NCBI GenBank assembly: GCA_964016885.1
Contig: OZ024743.1
Span: 19,778,001-19,842,000, forward strand
Direction of reading: 5' to 3'
Origin: Eledone cirrhosa
Lineage: Eukaryota
Length of the DNA stretch: 64,000 nt
Within the stretch, counting starts at the first letter, position 1; each line of letters begins with the position of its first letter. The notes under the pieces are model-generated. The model was not told the DNA's origin and ran no database searches. It was given only the letters and a program-made list of their open reading frames with translations. Shown piece after piece: positions 37,938 to 52,720 of this stretch. Position numbers and translations under genes: made by a program.

Positions 37938-38865
37938 CGAGAGAAAGAAAGAGAGAGAGATGGGGAGAGAGTTTCAGTTTAACATTTAACTCAACAAGAT
38001 ATTGCCATTCAGTGAGAGTGGACTTAAACCTGAACCTGTGTGATTAAGAAGTGAAATTCTTAAACCCACAGCTAAACCTCTGCCTATTTCTGTTCGAATT
38101 GGTGTTAGTGCTTATTTGTATTTGTTTTTCAGTGTTTTCTTTACATATTTTATCACAATATTAAATTTTACTTAATTGTAAAAGAAATCTATAGTTGGAT
38201 CGTCTGTTATTTTTAGCCATCATGTCTTTGACTTCAGTTGGAGGTGTTTGTGTAGTTCCATGCAAATTCTGATCATGCAGTTCTGTGCTGAACAGCATTC
38301 CAGCCGAGATCATACGATGGTTTAGGCGTATGTATAATTAAATTACTTATTTTCCTTTATTTAAGGTAATAAATTATGATTTATCGGAGATGCATGTGAA
38401 TATCTCGAGCAGCGCGAATGAATAATCACAGGTTGTTCCATTTTTTCCTGAGTCTATATTTATTAGATATCGCAATGTTATGCAAGAGGTCAGAAATTTC
38501 CTTGAGACATCTGTTCTAGCTACAATAGATTTCACGATCTTATCTGAAACACTATGCTTTCCGATATTCTTTTAAAGGTGTCATAGAAAATTTTCGATAA
38601 ATTTCTTATCGAAGAGAAATTCAAGAATAGTAAGATTTGAGGATCTGATATTAACTCAGATTCTTATTGTATTTTTCTTTATTGTATGACTGAAGCTGGA
38701 TTTTTGACATTTAAACTTTCTCTATATTTATAATACAGAAATATATCCATTGGTCTGTCAGATAATCGAAGTAAAGTGCCTATGTATCTTTCCCGTTTAT
38801 GTTTCTAAAGATTAGTATTATTAATATTCTTTAAAAATTCTTCCTTATCAAAATTATTATTATTA

Positions 38866-39058
38866 TTGATTGGCAGAATCAGTAGAGCGTCGGCCAAGAT
38901 GCTTACTCGCATAGAGTTACTACCCTTTACATTCTAAGTTCAAATCTCGCCAAAGTTAGCTTTGCCTTTCATCCTTACTGGTTCAATAAAATAAAGTACG
39001 ATTTAATCGACCCCCCCCCCCCCATGTTGTTAGCCTTGTGCCTAAAGTAGAAACAATT
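38866..39058 (+). mobile_element. SINE copy (diverged)
   Basis: gattggcagaatc...tttgcctttcatccttac...ttgtgcctaaagtagaaacaatt. Confidence 0.8.
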
Positions 39059-39634
39059 AGTAGTAGTAGTGTTAGTAGTTGTAGTAGTACTTTTTCCTTC
39101 GTTTGTCGACACGTATTGCGAATCGCTCTAGAAAAATTGTTGTTACCCCTTTGGACAACCTATTATGTTGAACATTTGATATTGGTTTTCGGTTAAACAA
39201 ACCAGTACCTTCGATAGCTGGTTAGTTTTTCTTTACCTGTAGCGCTTAGGAACCAAACCTGTCTTTGATTGCCAAACACGCCTCTCAATGTTTTTTTGTC
39301 TTTTTTCAATATGATGGCGGACGACACAGTATTTAAGAGAGGCCTTTTCTCAAGACAGAACCGCCGACTGTCCACCAACGTCACCACTCTCATTATTACT
39401 AATATCAGCAGCAACATCAACAACAGTAACAGTGCCAACTACAACAACAGCAGCAAAAACAACAACAGTAAAGTACCAACAAGGAAAACATGATTGAACA
39501 GCCAATGTTCAATGAACAACAGCAGCAGCTATAACTACTCTGCACGAGGAAATAACGAAACGAAATTCCTGCCTTTACAAACTTTAAAAATACCATATTC
39601 ACTCCAGCCGCAACCTGGTGCAGTCTGTGACTAA

Positions 39635-39872
39635 CCCAGGTTCTGCTGCACTTCGGTCTGAGGAGGCCTTACTCTCCAAATAGCGGTCGCTCTCCGACAG
39701 GTTCGCGATTGTCGTCGACCCTAGGGCTACCTCCCTACTCACCACCATAGGCGCTGAGCTGGCCAGACGCAGGTGTTAGCCTCGCGAGTTGGAATGGCTC
39801 TTCCAGCGCGTCTCCCTTGCCGTCGTCCAGGGAAACGCCTTCTCTATTCTCTCCTTCGGGGCTGTGGGGAGG
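39635..39872 (+). pseudogene. CRE-clade non-LTR retrotransposon C-terminus (REL endonuclease region)
   Basis: GC-rich island translating to GSAALRSEEALLSK...PRELEWLFQRVSLAVVQGNAFSILS, matching the FQRxSxAxQxGNA motif. Confidence 0.65.
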
Positions 39873-40054
39873 CCATCAATATGATTGACTGACTTGTCAT
39901 TTTATCACCTCAGTAGAGAAACCCCTAAAAGAGCATATATGGATGATTGTATTCAGTGATTGTTATACTATCTGGATAATAAATATAAAGCCTAGTTCAG
40001 GCAAGAGTTCTAGAGAACAACTAAATAGTAACACGGACAGTGTCATCACGACTA

Positions 40055-41320
40055 TGACTACCACCACCACCAACGCCACCAACACTACCACCACCACCAA
40101 CACCACCACCAACACCACCACCACTAACACCACCACCAACACACCACCATCACCAATACCACCAGCACCACCACCACCACGAACACCACCACCAACACCA
40201 CCAACACCACAAACACCACCTCTAACAACATCAAAACCACCACTAACACCAACAACAACACCACCAACACCACCAACAACAATAATAACAACAACAACAC
40301 CACCAACACCACCACCAACACCACCACCAACACCACCACCAACACAAGCACCAACACCACCCCCACCAACTCCAACACCACCAGCAACACCAACACCACC
40401 AACACCAACACTACTAGCAACACCGCCCCCCTGCCACCAACACCAACACCACAACAACACCACCACCAACAATAACAATAACAACACCACCACCAACACC
40501 ACCACCAATACCACCTTCAACACCAACACCAACACCACCACAACTACCACCTGCAACACGACCACCTGCACACCACCACCCCAATACCACCACCACCACC
40601 AACACCAACACCACCAACCTACCACCACCAAGACACCACCACCACCTCCACGCCACCACCCCAATACCACCACCACTACCAACACCAACACCACCAACAT
40701 ACCACCACCAACTCACCACCACCACAACCACGCCACCACCACCAACACCACCACCAACACCACTACCATCACCACCACCAGCACCAACACCACCAACACA
40801 CCACCACCAAGACACCACCACCACAACCACGCCACCACCACCAACACCACCACCAACACCACTACCATCACCACCACCAACACCAACACCACCAACACAC
40901 CACCACCAAGACACAACCACCACAACCACGCCACCACCAACACCACTACCATCACCACCACCAACACCACCACCAACACCAACACCACCAACACACTACC
41001 ACCAAGACACCACCACCACAACCACGCCACCACCACCAACACCACCACCAACACCACTACCATCACCACCACCAACACCACCACCAACACCCCCCACCAA
41101 CACCACAACACCAACACACCACCACCACAACCACGCCACCACCACAACCACGCCACCACCACCAACACCACCACCAACACCACTACCATCAACACCACCA
41201 ACACCACCACCAACACCCCCCACCAACACCAACACCAACACACCACCACCACAACCACGCCACCACCACCAACACTACCACAAGCACCACCACCACCACC
41301 ACCAACAACAACAACAGCAA
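40055..41320. repeat. (CCA/CAA)n low-complexity tract with higher-order repeats
   Basis: Trinucleotide-derived sequence with a repeated unit of about 93 bp (caccaccacaaccacgccaccacc...). Confidence 0.85.
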
Positions 41321-41756
41321 TTAACCAGTACATTACTGGTACTTTATTTTATCGACCCCGTAAGGATAATAATAACAACAACAATGACAACAATAGTAAC
41401 AACAACAACAATAACAACGATAACAATGATAACAACAAAAATGCATTTGCAACAACGATTTCCATGGCAACTAAACTATGCGTTATGAACAATTTAAAAA
41501 TAGAGACATATTTAACCCAAGCGGCCAAACTAATTATACTAAAACCATGGGCTGTTGTAGCCATCGTTTCTCTCTCTCTGTACTCTAAACGCAAACACAC
41601 CAATAGTCACACACACAATCACAAACACGCATTCACCCATATCAAAGACAGAATCACAAACACTGCCTCTTCACCTCGAAGTGAAGATGAGAGGGACACC
41701 CCCCCCCCCCTCAAAAAAAAAGAAAACACAAAAGAATCATCTCACCTCACACCCAC

Positions 41757-41789
<33 letters not shown>

Positions 41790-44272
41790 AGAAAACACTG
41801 AAAACAAACCCACAACGAATATATAGGCAATTACAACAACGCCAACACCACCTACACCACCAACACCACCAACGACCGCTACCAGCACCAGCATCACCAA
41901 CACAGCTATAACCGCAATTACCCACAAAAACAAAACACATGAAACAACAATAAAAGCCAACCACACACACACCAAACTTCGTGCTAATTAGAGACATTAA
42001 CAAAGAAGTGGCCAGCATTTTTAAAGAGCCACAAATATGAAGGATGGGGTGAATGTCTCTATCATATGTAACATTTCATCCATGACCATCCCTTTTGTTA
42101 TGTGTATCTGCAACTATATTATCCATTGAAGTCTGTTTCATCCACGGGATTTGATTTGAGGGATATTTCATGGTCGGATAACTATATAGAGGTTATTTGG
42201 TTGGCTTGTAGGTCCTTCTGCTCCTGTTGATTGTTTTGTTATAGTCTTGGCCAGTGCTGCGATGTTTGTGATTGTCAACAATCTTGAAAATGCTGTGGGT
42301 GTTGTATTAAGAGCAAGATAATTACTTCCTCTTATACTTTTCTTGGGAGCAGTAAAGTTTCAGGATGCTAGTTCTATCACTAATTCAATACCCAAGTACC
42401 TACCTTCTACCATAATATGCAGCTGCGTGCCTCATTCTATCTGCGTGTGAATGAGGGAGGGCGGTCATGTCCTTATTTAGCTTTCCCTGTGGTATCAGAC
42501 AATTCAGCTCAATGTGATCTTTGACTAGATTTTACTGGAAGACGTTTGTACTTATTTATCTCCTATTGAGTGAAACCACGTGACCTAGTAGTTAGAGTCA
42601 TGGGTTCGATTCATAGAGTGGGTTGTATGCTATGTTCTTGAACAAAACATTTCATTTGACATTGCCCCAATACACGCAGCTGAAAATGAATATTAGCGGT
42701 AGCTGGAGATAAACATTGTGATGGAATGACCTCCAGTCCAGAGAGAAGTCTTGTTCTCTCAGTCACTTAACACCGATTAAAGGCGGTTACCCTTAAGATC
42801 ATCGACTGCACCTATGTTAGCGTCATTTATATACAGGTCAGATATTAAAGTCTCTATTTCCGTATAATAGTCGGTTTTCACTGATTCATTTAGTGAACAC
42901 TTACTGTATGTTGAATGTCAAGCCGTACGTTGCTGCTTTGTGTTGTAAAGCATTGTTGGAACTGCATTCACATTTACTGCTCCGGGTTCTGACTGCGGAT
43001 ATGGTGATCTCACCATTATTACTCTCTCTTTAATAATTCAAAGATCTTTCCACCTTCACCTGCTCAACAATATCTTTTGATTCACTGCTGAAGTCATCTC
43101 TAACCGGAAAATACGTGAACATACGTATGAATATATGAATTTTGAACCGAATCTTAAAATATGTTACTCGGCAAATATGATTTGATGACTAAATAGTTAT
43201 CAGGTTTGAATATTTTGCAATGAATATATAAGTCCTATTTCATATTCAATTACCTTTGAGTCAATCGTATATTTGAGCTTGAAATTGTTGTGTTAAATCA
43301 ATACTAAATGAAGTCATAACACATGGTGCATTTTATTACTTAATTGCTACTAAGTCTTTGTTTTTTACTAATGCACCATATCTATCACGACAGGAAACAA
43401 AAATAAATTCATCTTTCTTTGATCTTGTGATACAAAGCTAAAACACACCAGTTCAAATTTAAATCAATTTGGTTATATTTAAGATGCATTAGAAGATCCG
43501 ATTCTAAGCATTATTGTCAATGTGTATAGCTCTAACGACTGCTAAACATCTCATTAAAATGTACACGAATAGTTCAAGTATACGTGTAAGGTAAAATCTC
43601 ATTTCGTATTCTCGAGAGAAACAAATATATCACTTTTCTTCATAACAATATGTGATGGAAATTGTTTTTCTCTTTTGCTTCGGTTCCATTAATAGTTACT
43701 GATTTCACTTAATTTTTATTTTCCGTTTAATATTTTACTTTGTTGGCAAAACAAGCGTGACATGTGATGAAGCAATTTTAACACCTCTAATAAGTTTTCG
43801 CATTTGAATTTTCACAACTGTCACAAAATTAAAGTTTCTTTTAGTATTATTGAGATAGTTCACTATTGATTCAATAAAAAAAGTTTTTGTTTTGTTTTGT
43901 TTAAAAAAAAAAGAAATAAAGTTCCGTTTATGATTATGTGGAAATGTTTAATTCAAAAAAATGTCAGTATTGTCGAAAGTATATATTACATAATAAAATA
44001 TATTTATTTATATTAAGAGCTATGTAGGTGACAACTTCATTAACGTTAATATTTCTAATAATCTTATGAGACATGTGTTGTAACACCAGTTATTAAAGTC
44101 TGAGATATTAATAGGTATGTGTTAGTATTATTGATTTCTGGATTAGCAGATTCGTTAGAGCATCCGACAAAACTTTTGCAGTATTCTTTCAGGCTCTTTA
44201 CGTTCAGAGTTCAAAAATGCCGACGTCAACTTTACACTTTATCCTTCCGGGGTCGATAAAATAATGTACCAA

Positions 44273-44465
44273 CAGGCCTGCCAACCTCTAAAAACCAAAA
44301 CAGGGAGGACCATGGAAAAGGGTGCCCCAAAACGATGAAAAATGAGGAAAATGGGGAGATTTTACAGAATGAAAGCTATACCCATTTCCAAAAGAGAAGA
44401 CATTTTCACCCACCTCAAAGTAGATGGGATATCTCCCCGTCCGACGGGGAGAGTTGGCAGGTCTA
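44273..44465. mobile_element. MITE (hAT-like TIRs) inserted into a SINE
   Basis: TIR CAGGCCTGCCAAC / GTTGGCAGGTCTA. The host SINE is split at gtaccag with tacca duplicated. Confidence 0.7.
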
Positions 44466-44949
44466 TACCAGTCAAGTACCGGAGTCAATATAATCGACTT
44501 ACCCATTACTCACAAGGTTGCTAGCCGTGTGGTGTCTAATTTACCCACAAGGCTAAGGATTCCTTACATTAGCGTATACCATGACATTTATGAAAGGAAC
44601 AGTCAGTTAAATCATATCTATTCATGTATCTGACTGTTAGTTTATCTGCTCCCGAAGTAGGAAATACTAAGGCGACACCCGCGGGACCAAAGGTAATGTA
44701 ACTAGATACATCGTATGATACACAGTTTTATGCACGTTTATAAATACATGAACATACCACATCTGCGCTATTCTAGACATTGCATACAGTTAGACTTCGA
44801 TTATCCAACGAAACGGGATGGGCGCATTTTAATTGAGTTTGTCATTATTGAGACAACTGATTTTGCCCGTAAATTCTTTCCAACGATTCTTGCCTGATAC
44901 TTTCTAACTATAGTACAGGTTTTGTGATCTCTCCATTCGGAGAAGTAGT

Positions 44950-45850
44950 GGCTCTACCTGGAGTAACTCTCTGATCTCTGAGCTACGCACTCTATCAAGT
45001 AACGTTACTCTAAAGACCTTTCCAAGGAACCCCCATTTCGGCCGCTTTTATTCGCAATCGTCATTACCCAAGATTCATGACCGTATGTAGGGGTTGGCTA
45101 GAATAACTAATTGAAGATAGTGAGTTTGGCTTTTACATGACTAATTTAACACCTCAGTCGTGATACCACTTCTAACCCAGCTGCACATGGCAATTCTGTT
45201 CATGAAAATAAGGAACAGGAGAAGTGACGGTACGCACCCTTGGTGGAATCGATTCCCACATTGAATGGTTTCGATTTAGCAGCATTTATCCAAACACAAA
45301 TACTCGGACATTCTTATAGAGTATTCAAAGCAGCAATAAGCTAACCATCGATCCCATACTCCTGCAGAACCTTCCACGGCAGGTCTTGAGGAACACATTC
45401 ATATGCCTTTTTGATGGTCTACAGAACAAGAATATACCTCTTGGCAATACGCCCACGATTTTTCGAAGAATTGCCACTATGTGAATATTTGGTCAGTTAT
45501 GCTTCGTCCGTTGTGAAAATCACACTGTTCATCAGCTAGCTTGGACTCGACAATCTCTCTAAGCCTCTTTACTTGACGCTAAGCACATAGACTTCACTCA
45601 ACAAGGAGATCCGTCTGTAATTGAAACTATCCCTCTTGTATTCCTTTTAGAAAATTAAGATTATCACTCCCGATCGTCATTGCTTGTGCCTTTCCAGAGA
45701 TCCAGGTCACTAGGAACACACGAGTCAGCCAGAGAATACTTTCTCTGTATAGGCTTTTAACATGGATTTCAACTTCCCCAGCGGCCTTACAAGAATTTGT
45801 TGTTTCAATAAAATACACAATTGTATAAAGGAGTCCCACATTGGGAATCT
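44950..45850 (-). pseudogene. Degraded RTE-like LINE
   Basis: Resembles the 10.2-10.8 kb remnant (ccatttcggc..ttattc, gtaacgtta), and the minus strand has KAAGEVEI and VDHQKAYE-like motifs. Confidence 0.45.
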
Positions 45851-48800
45851 TGATTGACTCATGGTTATGTAAAGAGTTTCAAATTCAGTTACTCTTGTTG
45901 TAATGGGTCCGTGCTTATGATATTTAGCCCTAATACTCCTTGCTTCAGAAAGCTGGTAGATTCTACAACAGAGGACGTAAAAGCAGACCTCGATTATCTT
46001 TTCGTTCACATATACATTCTTTATTAAATTAAAATATAAAATAAAATGTACAACTCATCAGCTTTTGCATATTGAAATATAAACATCGAAGAGGAGAGAG
46101 AAAAAATCTAGGGGGCAGTGGCAGTCACTACAGCACAGTGTACTTGGTATAACTGAGCTGCGTCCCATAGACAAAATGGCGAACGTATTGCCGCGGAGAA
46201 CAGCTAGTGACATCCGCTGCATCAACCACATTACTTATACGTGTGTATGTTTTCCCGTGTTGTTTATTTGGGGTTCCATATTGTTTGAAAGTATACCTAC
46301 GGATGTTCTCACGTTCAATAACTCAAGTGGCGTCAGCTTGTATTATTTCGTTTAATTTGGAGATGTGATATTTATCTTTTCATTAAGTCTGTGATGGCAT
46401 GTTTCGTGCTTTTGTATCATGTTTTGTGTCGATTTTAATCCATGAAGTATAGTTTTCTTGGACCACAGGAAGGTGTACAATCCTGATGATTCCAGATTTG
46501 GATTATATTCATATGTTTTATATTCTGTATCCTTCCCTTTTATTCGTATTTTTGTTAGTGAGGTTTTAATTCTTCGTTTTTTACTCATGATTTCTATGAT
46601 TTGTTTTATCGTCTCCTCTTTTTTACCGTGATTCTTTGCACATGATTTAAGTCGTCGGTGTTTTATATTGGTTCTGTATACTGCGTTTGACATTTGTGTT
46701 TTCCTTAAGTATTTTTTTTTCTTTTGCGTTTTGTATTTCAATTTCCAACATCATTGGCTTCGTGAATGTATCTTCTTAATTTACTATTCTGTTCGGGCTC
46801 AACAACATTTTTAAATTCTGGTTATTATGCTTCTAAACTCTGTATTTGTGTAGTTTCGATTTGCGAGAAATAGAGAAACCCATGTAGATTATTGTTCTCG
46901 TATCTATTCATGCCTTTTCAGTTGTATTTGAGAAACTTTAGAAGTAAATCCTCATTTTAGAGAACTATATATGAAAAGAAAACATTGGTAATGTCTTGAA
47001 CGTATGCATTTATGTATCTGTTAATTTCAGTAAGCGAATGTCCTGTTTGCAAATCCAAATATAACTATTTGTTCAACGAAATGAAGCTACATAATACAGC
47101 ACAATATTTCCCATGCATAAACAGTTTATCATCACTAAAAATGAATGGCTTAAATGAAAATCCCATGATATAATCGCATCTCTATATACCGCCATAGAAA
47201 TATTTGCAGGTCATGTAACAAAGATGAACAGTTTACTACCTCTCCGCTGCGTATAGGGTTATGTAATGTCAAATGATACAGAGTATTCTTAGGCATAATA
47301 ATGTAGTTAGGCAGCAGCATATACGTCTCGAATTTTAAGATCAAGTTCTTAAAAATAAAATTCCATTTTAAACATATGAAGGTCTGAAAATGTTGCCATT
47401 TAGTGTGATCATGTACTTTTAAGGGGCTTGGCGAAAAGATATAGTGCTCATCTCCTGCATTTCTAGTCAGGCGAAACCCATCCTCCCTTCAGGAAATGAG
47501 GAAAAGATATTGAGAAGGAATCGAACCTAGTACTTGTACGTTTTCCTCAATCTCGAAAGGATGAAAGGCAAAGTTAACCTCGGCAGGTTTTGATTTAAGA
47601 TGTTCTAACGACTCTAGCAATTTGCCGCCTACTTTGCAAACATTAAGAATTATTTCAAGTGATGCTGCACTGACACTCTTATATTTTCATTTATGAACTT
47701 AATCAGAGATTCTCTTTCTATTATCATTTCGATAATATACTTTGCAACGCTCTTGCTTGAAGCACAAGCATCATAACATCTTGTATCCTATCACCTCAGG
47801 ATGTTAGTCTTCACGGCTATATGAGAAGCAATTATCGGAAGCTGGCAGCACATATTAGATATTGAGGCTAAATAAGATCAAATCGGATTAAATGGCAGGC
47901 TGAGTGTTATAGCGTTAAAATATAAATTCATATCATGTGCAACATGTGGGTTTTTAATCCACGACGGAAATTATTAATATGGTAAGCGCTCGGGCATTTC
48001 TCTGATGACACCGTATTTAAGAAGATATGAATTGTAGGAACACCAGAAGCTTGAATGCCTATAAAATAAATCAGATAATGTGAAGAAAATTACTATGAAA
48101 GATGAGAGACATTGAAAGGATGCTAATGAAATACTCAAGGAATCCAATATAAGGATTATAATTTTCTGCTACTTAATGCTGGCTGCTTAATGAATAACCA
48201 GAAATACACTTAATTGATACTTTTATATCATTTTTCTTTCTCTCTCTCTCCATATTTCTCTGTTAAAATTTGTCCATACTTCTTTGACTTCCTCCCAAAA
48301 CAATCAACACGCCATTACTTTCTCATCCATTCCTTCCTCTTCCGTTTACACTATCTTTCTGATTATCTCTCTGCCTCCCAATTCCTTTCATTTCTCTATT
48401 ATCGTTCTTTTATACCCGTCAATTTCTCACTCACTTATTCAGTTTTCCTTCCCTTACTCCCACACTTCTCTTCTTTCCCTTTTCCACTCCTTTGCCAACA
48501 TTTAATTCTAGGATTGATCGAACATTACCCTTTGAAGCTAGTAGCTGCAACCATACACTTTAACGGCGAGTAAATTATATTACATGAGACAATGATAAAC
48601 TTTGTAGGACATTAAAATATTTTGGTTATTGTTTTCATGCAAGCAGGAATCGGAGCTATTTAATTGTTCTGCTTTGCTGAATACAAAACTGTTTCAGGTT
48701 CTTGTTACGCTGAAATACGATTCAATTTCCAATAATGTATATGTCAAATGTTCTGATTGTTGCGAACGTTGTGCTATAATCGATGATCCGAAAACTGATC

Positions 48801-49714
48801 ATGTTGTGGTTTTTACACGATAATCGAATAAATGAAAGATATTATTTCAAAGGGCTCTCCCACCCTTCAAATTAAATGAGTCCGATGATTTCGCATTTCG
48901 AGTAGAAACGGCGTTTTCGAATGTGGTGGGTCTGGCAGTGTGACCGAACAAAGTGAAGCGAGAGTAAGTCCATTCCAATAACAATCATAAACGACACGAA
49001 ACACTTTTGATGTCTGCAGCATTAAGTTGCTGACTTGCCATTGGCTAAACCGAAATTGTTAGTTATTTCAAGAGAACTGTTGAAATAATAGTACAAAATA
49101 CCCTGTATACGATTTAATATACGTACTTCCATAATGTATGCTTCACCATGCGTATGTCTTTTATAATCGTCAAAGATAACTGATTATTCATTCCTTAGAA
49201 CGCATCTCATAAACTTAGTAGAACATATACTAGCGGCCGCTGTCGTGCAGTGCAGTTACTACTGAGATATTTATGAAGTAAAGGGGAAAGTGTATAAACT
49301 GTGAAATATAGAAACAGTATGAAACTTTCTACATTTATTGATTTTCAATATAGCAGTAAACTGAAACAACCAAAAATTCCAAAGAAATATACTTCAGCAA
49401 CATTGATTTTTAAATTAAATAGATACATTAAAACCTTATTACAATGATGTTAATGCCAATATATATATATATATGTGGGGGGGGGGGGGGCGTGTGTGTG
49501 TGCGTCTGTGTCTGTGTGTTTCTGTGGTGTGTGCAATCGAAAAATGCTCCCTAGATAAGTCAAGATTCACATCTGTTACTGTGAATGTTAGCGCCAGCAG
49601 GCGGGTAATAGAAAGGGTAAAACAAACAGAGAGCAAAATCTCGTAAACTAGAAAAGATTCTAGTAGAAAATATACCCCTACATATATATATGTATATATG
49701 TATAAATGTATGTA

Positions 49715-49815
<101 letters not shown>

Positions 49816-49909
49816 TGTATATATATGTGTGTGTGTGTACGCGCGTGTGTGTGTGTTTGTGTGTGTGTACGTATGTATATATGTATATATATATATGTAT
49901 ATATATATG

Positions 49910-50006
<97 letters not shown>

Positions 50007-50025
50007 GCGTGTGTGTGTGTGTGTC

Positions 50026-51267
50026 TTAGGTTGTAAAAAAAGTTCATAGCATTTTTAAAGTGAAATTCATTTCCAGCATTTAAATATCTTTATTAACCAC
50101 ATATTTTCCAAGCTTGAATTAAAATCATGATCCCATCGGCACAGAATTTGACATCCTCCTGGTTCATGAACTGGTCTAGATGGTTGTTTGCAGTTTTCTA
50201 AAGAATGAAACTTCTTCCCATTAAGAAAACATTGTAGCATTCGGAATAGATGGTAATCCGAATGTGCAACGTCAGGTGAATAAGGGGGTTGCGGTAGCAC
50301 ACCCCAGTCAAGTTGTACTAATTTCTGACGGGCCGACAAATATACGTATGATCTAGCCTTGATCTGATATATGACCACAACCGTCTGGTTTTCAAAATCT
50401 GGACGTTTTTCATCGATTACTTCCTTTAATCGGTCTAATTGAGAACAATAATAGTCTGAATTTAACGTATGATTTCGTGGAAGGAGCTCATGATATGTAT
50501 ATAATACCCTGCCAATCCCATCAGCTACTGAGCATTACCTTCTTCGGATATTGACTGGTTTTTGTAAAGGTTGATGGTGGTTCATTTTGGTTTCTCTTCG
50601 TTCGTTTACGCTCTACATTGTTGTAAACAATCCATTTTTTATCATCCATGGTCATTCTTTTCAAAAGTGGATGATGTTTGTTTGGTTTGATCAGAGAATC
50701 GCAGATGGAAATGCTTTCTATTCTATATTTTCCGATAAATCATGAGGCAGCCAGACATCAAAACGATTCATGTACCCAAGTGTTTTCAAATATCCTGTAA
50801 GCCTCATATGAGATATGTGAAGTATCTCTGCGTTGTGTTACATGGAATATGTTTTATCAAATCTAGATTTGGTTATTATCAATGGCTATAGGCCTGCCTG
50901 AACGTGCATAGTCTTCGAAGTCAATTTTCGGTTCTAAACCTAGAAAGGCGCTTCGAAACAATACTATTGGCCATGGCACCATATCCATAAATAGCACATG
51001 TCATTTACGCTGTTTGTGCAGCATGTTTTCCTTTCCGAAAATAAAAGAACGTCAAATGAGAAAAATGCATCTCATTTCCCTCTATTTTCAATCTTATTGT
51101 AAAGACAGTAGAAGTAAATAATCCGCAAAGTATTCAGATTAAACAGTGTGTTGAAATCTCTTCTTTCAGAATATATGTGCCATATGCCTCCGTCACATGA
51201 TCAACTAAATCACGTGATTAAACAACACAACCAATAGAAAACGCTACGGACTTTATTACAGCCAATA
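50026..51267 (-). mobile_element. Decayed Tc1/mariner transposon, about 1.24 kb
   Basis: LPQPPYSPDVAHSDYHLFRMLQCFLNGKKF (YSPDLAPSD motif), with degenerate TIRs ttaggttgtaaaaaaagttcatagc / gctacggactttattacagccaa. Confidence 0.85.
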
Positions 51268-51291
51268 TATGTATATATATAAGTGGGTGTG

Positions 51292-51332
<41 letters not shown>

Positions 51333-52194
51333 CGTGTGTGTGTGGGTATGTGTGTGTTTGTGTGTGAGAGAGAGAGTGTGTGTGTTTGTGTGTATGTGTA
51401 GCCGCTCCGTCAATAATGCGATTATGAATATTTTTATTTTACTTGGATATTAAATTCAATAAACTACAAAACCAAACATTGGTACTGGTGCGTATTCTAC
51501 TCACATAACAAAAGTAATTTTAAATGTTTATGTGATTCGCTACACAACGCCCTCATAAAATCGGAGCTACAGCGTATCTGAGAGTTTATATAAAAATGTG
51601 TCGGATTCTATTGGCGTTACAATGCTTGGCTTGTACAATTACATCTCTACTTTCTCAAAGATACCACTTACCGTTGCTATTTCGATTCTGCTAAGAAGTT
51701 TTTCAGAAATGTATATATATATATATAATAATAATAATGATACTATTTATAGTTGTGTATATACTATAAACAACTATAAACAGGAAAGGTCAGTAATTTA
51801 TTACTACCTTATTACCAGTAAGAGAAATAGTTCAATGTAAGAAAATCAGCTGTTTTACAGAACAGGAATACAAATTTCACAATTATATGTATCTATATGA
51901 TTGTTCAGTTGAATAGGAGGTTAATTATATGTATAAACATTGCTAATGCTCCGCTGATCCCAAACGAAAGTTTGGAAGAAACGATTGTCAGCAATAAAAT
52001 GATTTGAACATAACTTTGATAATTGTGTAATTTGTATATATATATAAATATATATTCCAGCAGCAAGCCTACCCGCCGTAAGCAAACAATCACATTCTTT
52101 CTGGCTTGACCACAACCACATAGCGATTCTTAGCCATTTTTGAATCTATTTTTGGCGGGATCGGATTGAAAAACTAGAGGTCTGATTTTGAGTT

Positions 52195-52607
52195 TGTCTC
52201 AGGACATTCCTATTATTTGGATGTCTAAAAATAGGGATGAAACCATGGTAGAGATATAATTACGGTATGTACGCATTTCTTCTAAGTTTAATTTTACACT
52301 TAATTGTGTATGGTTGATGATATATTTAATCAGTTTCAACATGCTCTCGAAATGTTGGATAAATACTCGATTGGGGCCGCCGCGAAGAGGCTACGTTCGG
52401 TTATTTGTCGGAGATTTCTCCATAAGAGCCTTTCTTCTTATAGCTTGATCTAATTGATTTGTTATATTGTTAATTATGCTAATTAGAAGAAGAAATAGTA
52501 TATATTTTATTTTATCTGATGATCCTAAAGACATGATTTATGATATATTGCTCTGATTTTTTAATTTATTAATTCTTCATAGAGCTTAAAAGTGACCAGT
52601 TGCAACA
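52195..52607 (+). mobile_element. Single-arm family D copy with an upstream hammerhead-like remnant
   Basis: 52260-52607 aligns to the reverse complement of 1190-1727 without the SINE. Upstream is a stem attcctatt/aatagggat followed by GAAAC-CATG-GTA. Confidence 0.75.
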
Positions 52608-52643
52608 TATATATATCTATAACTTTATGTATATGTTAACCTT

Positions 52644-52719
<76 letters not shown>

Positions 52720-52720
<1 letters not shown>

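Noticed and set aside
39943-41826. 627-aa Thr/Pro/His-rich ORF resembling a mucin
   Set aside because: It derives from (CCA/CAA)n repeats that lack stops in most frames and runs through a SINE fragment and (CA)n. No signal peptide or domain is evident.
52516-52535. CTGATGATCC in the family D arm
   Set aside because: No downstream GAAA, and the 1.9-kb homologue reads ctaataattc.
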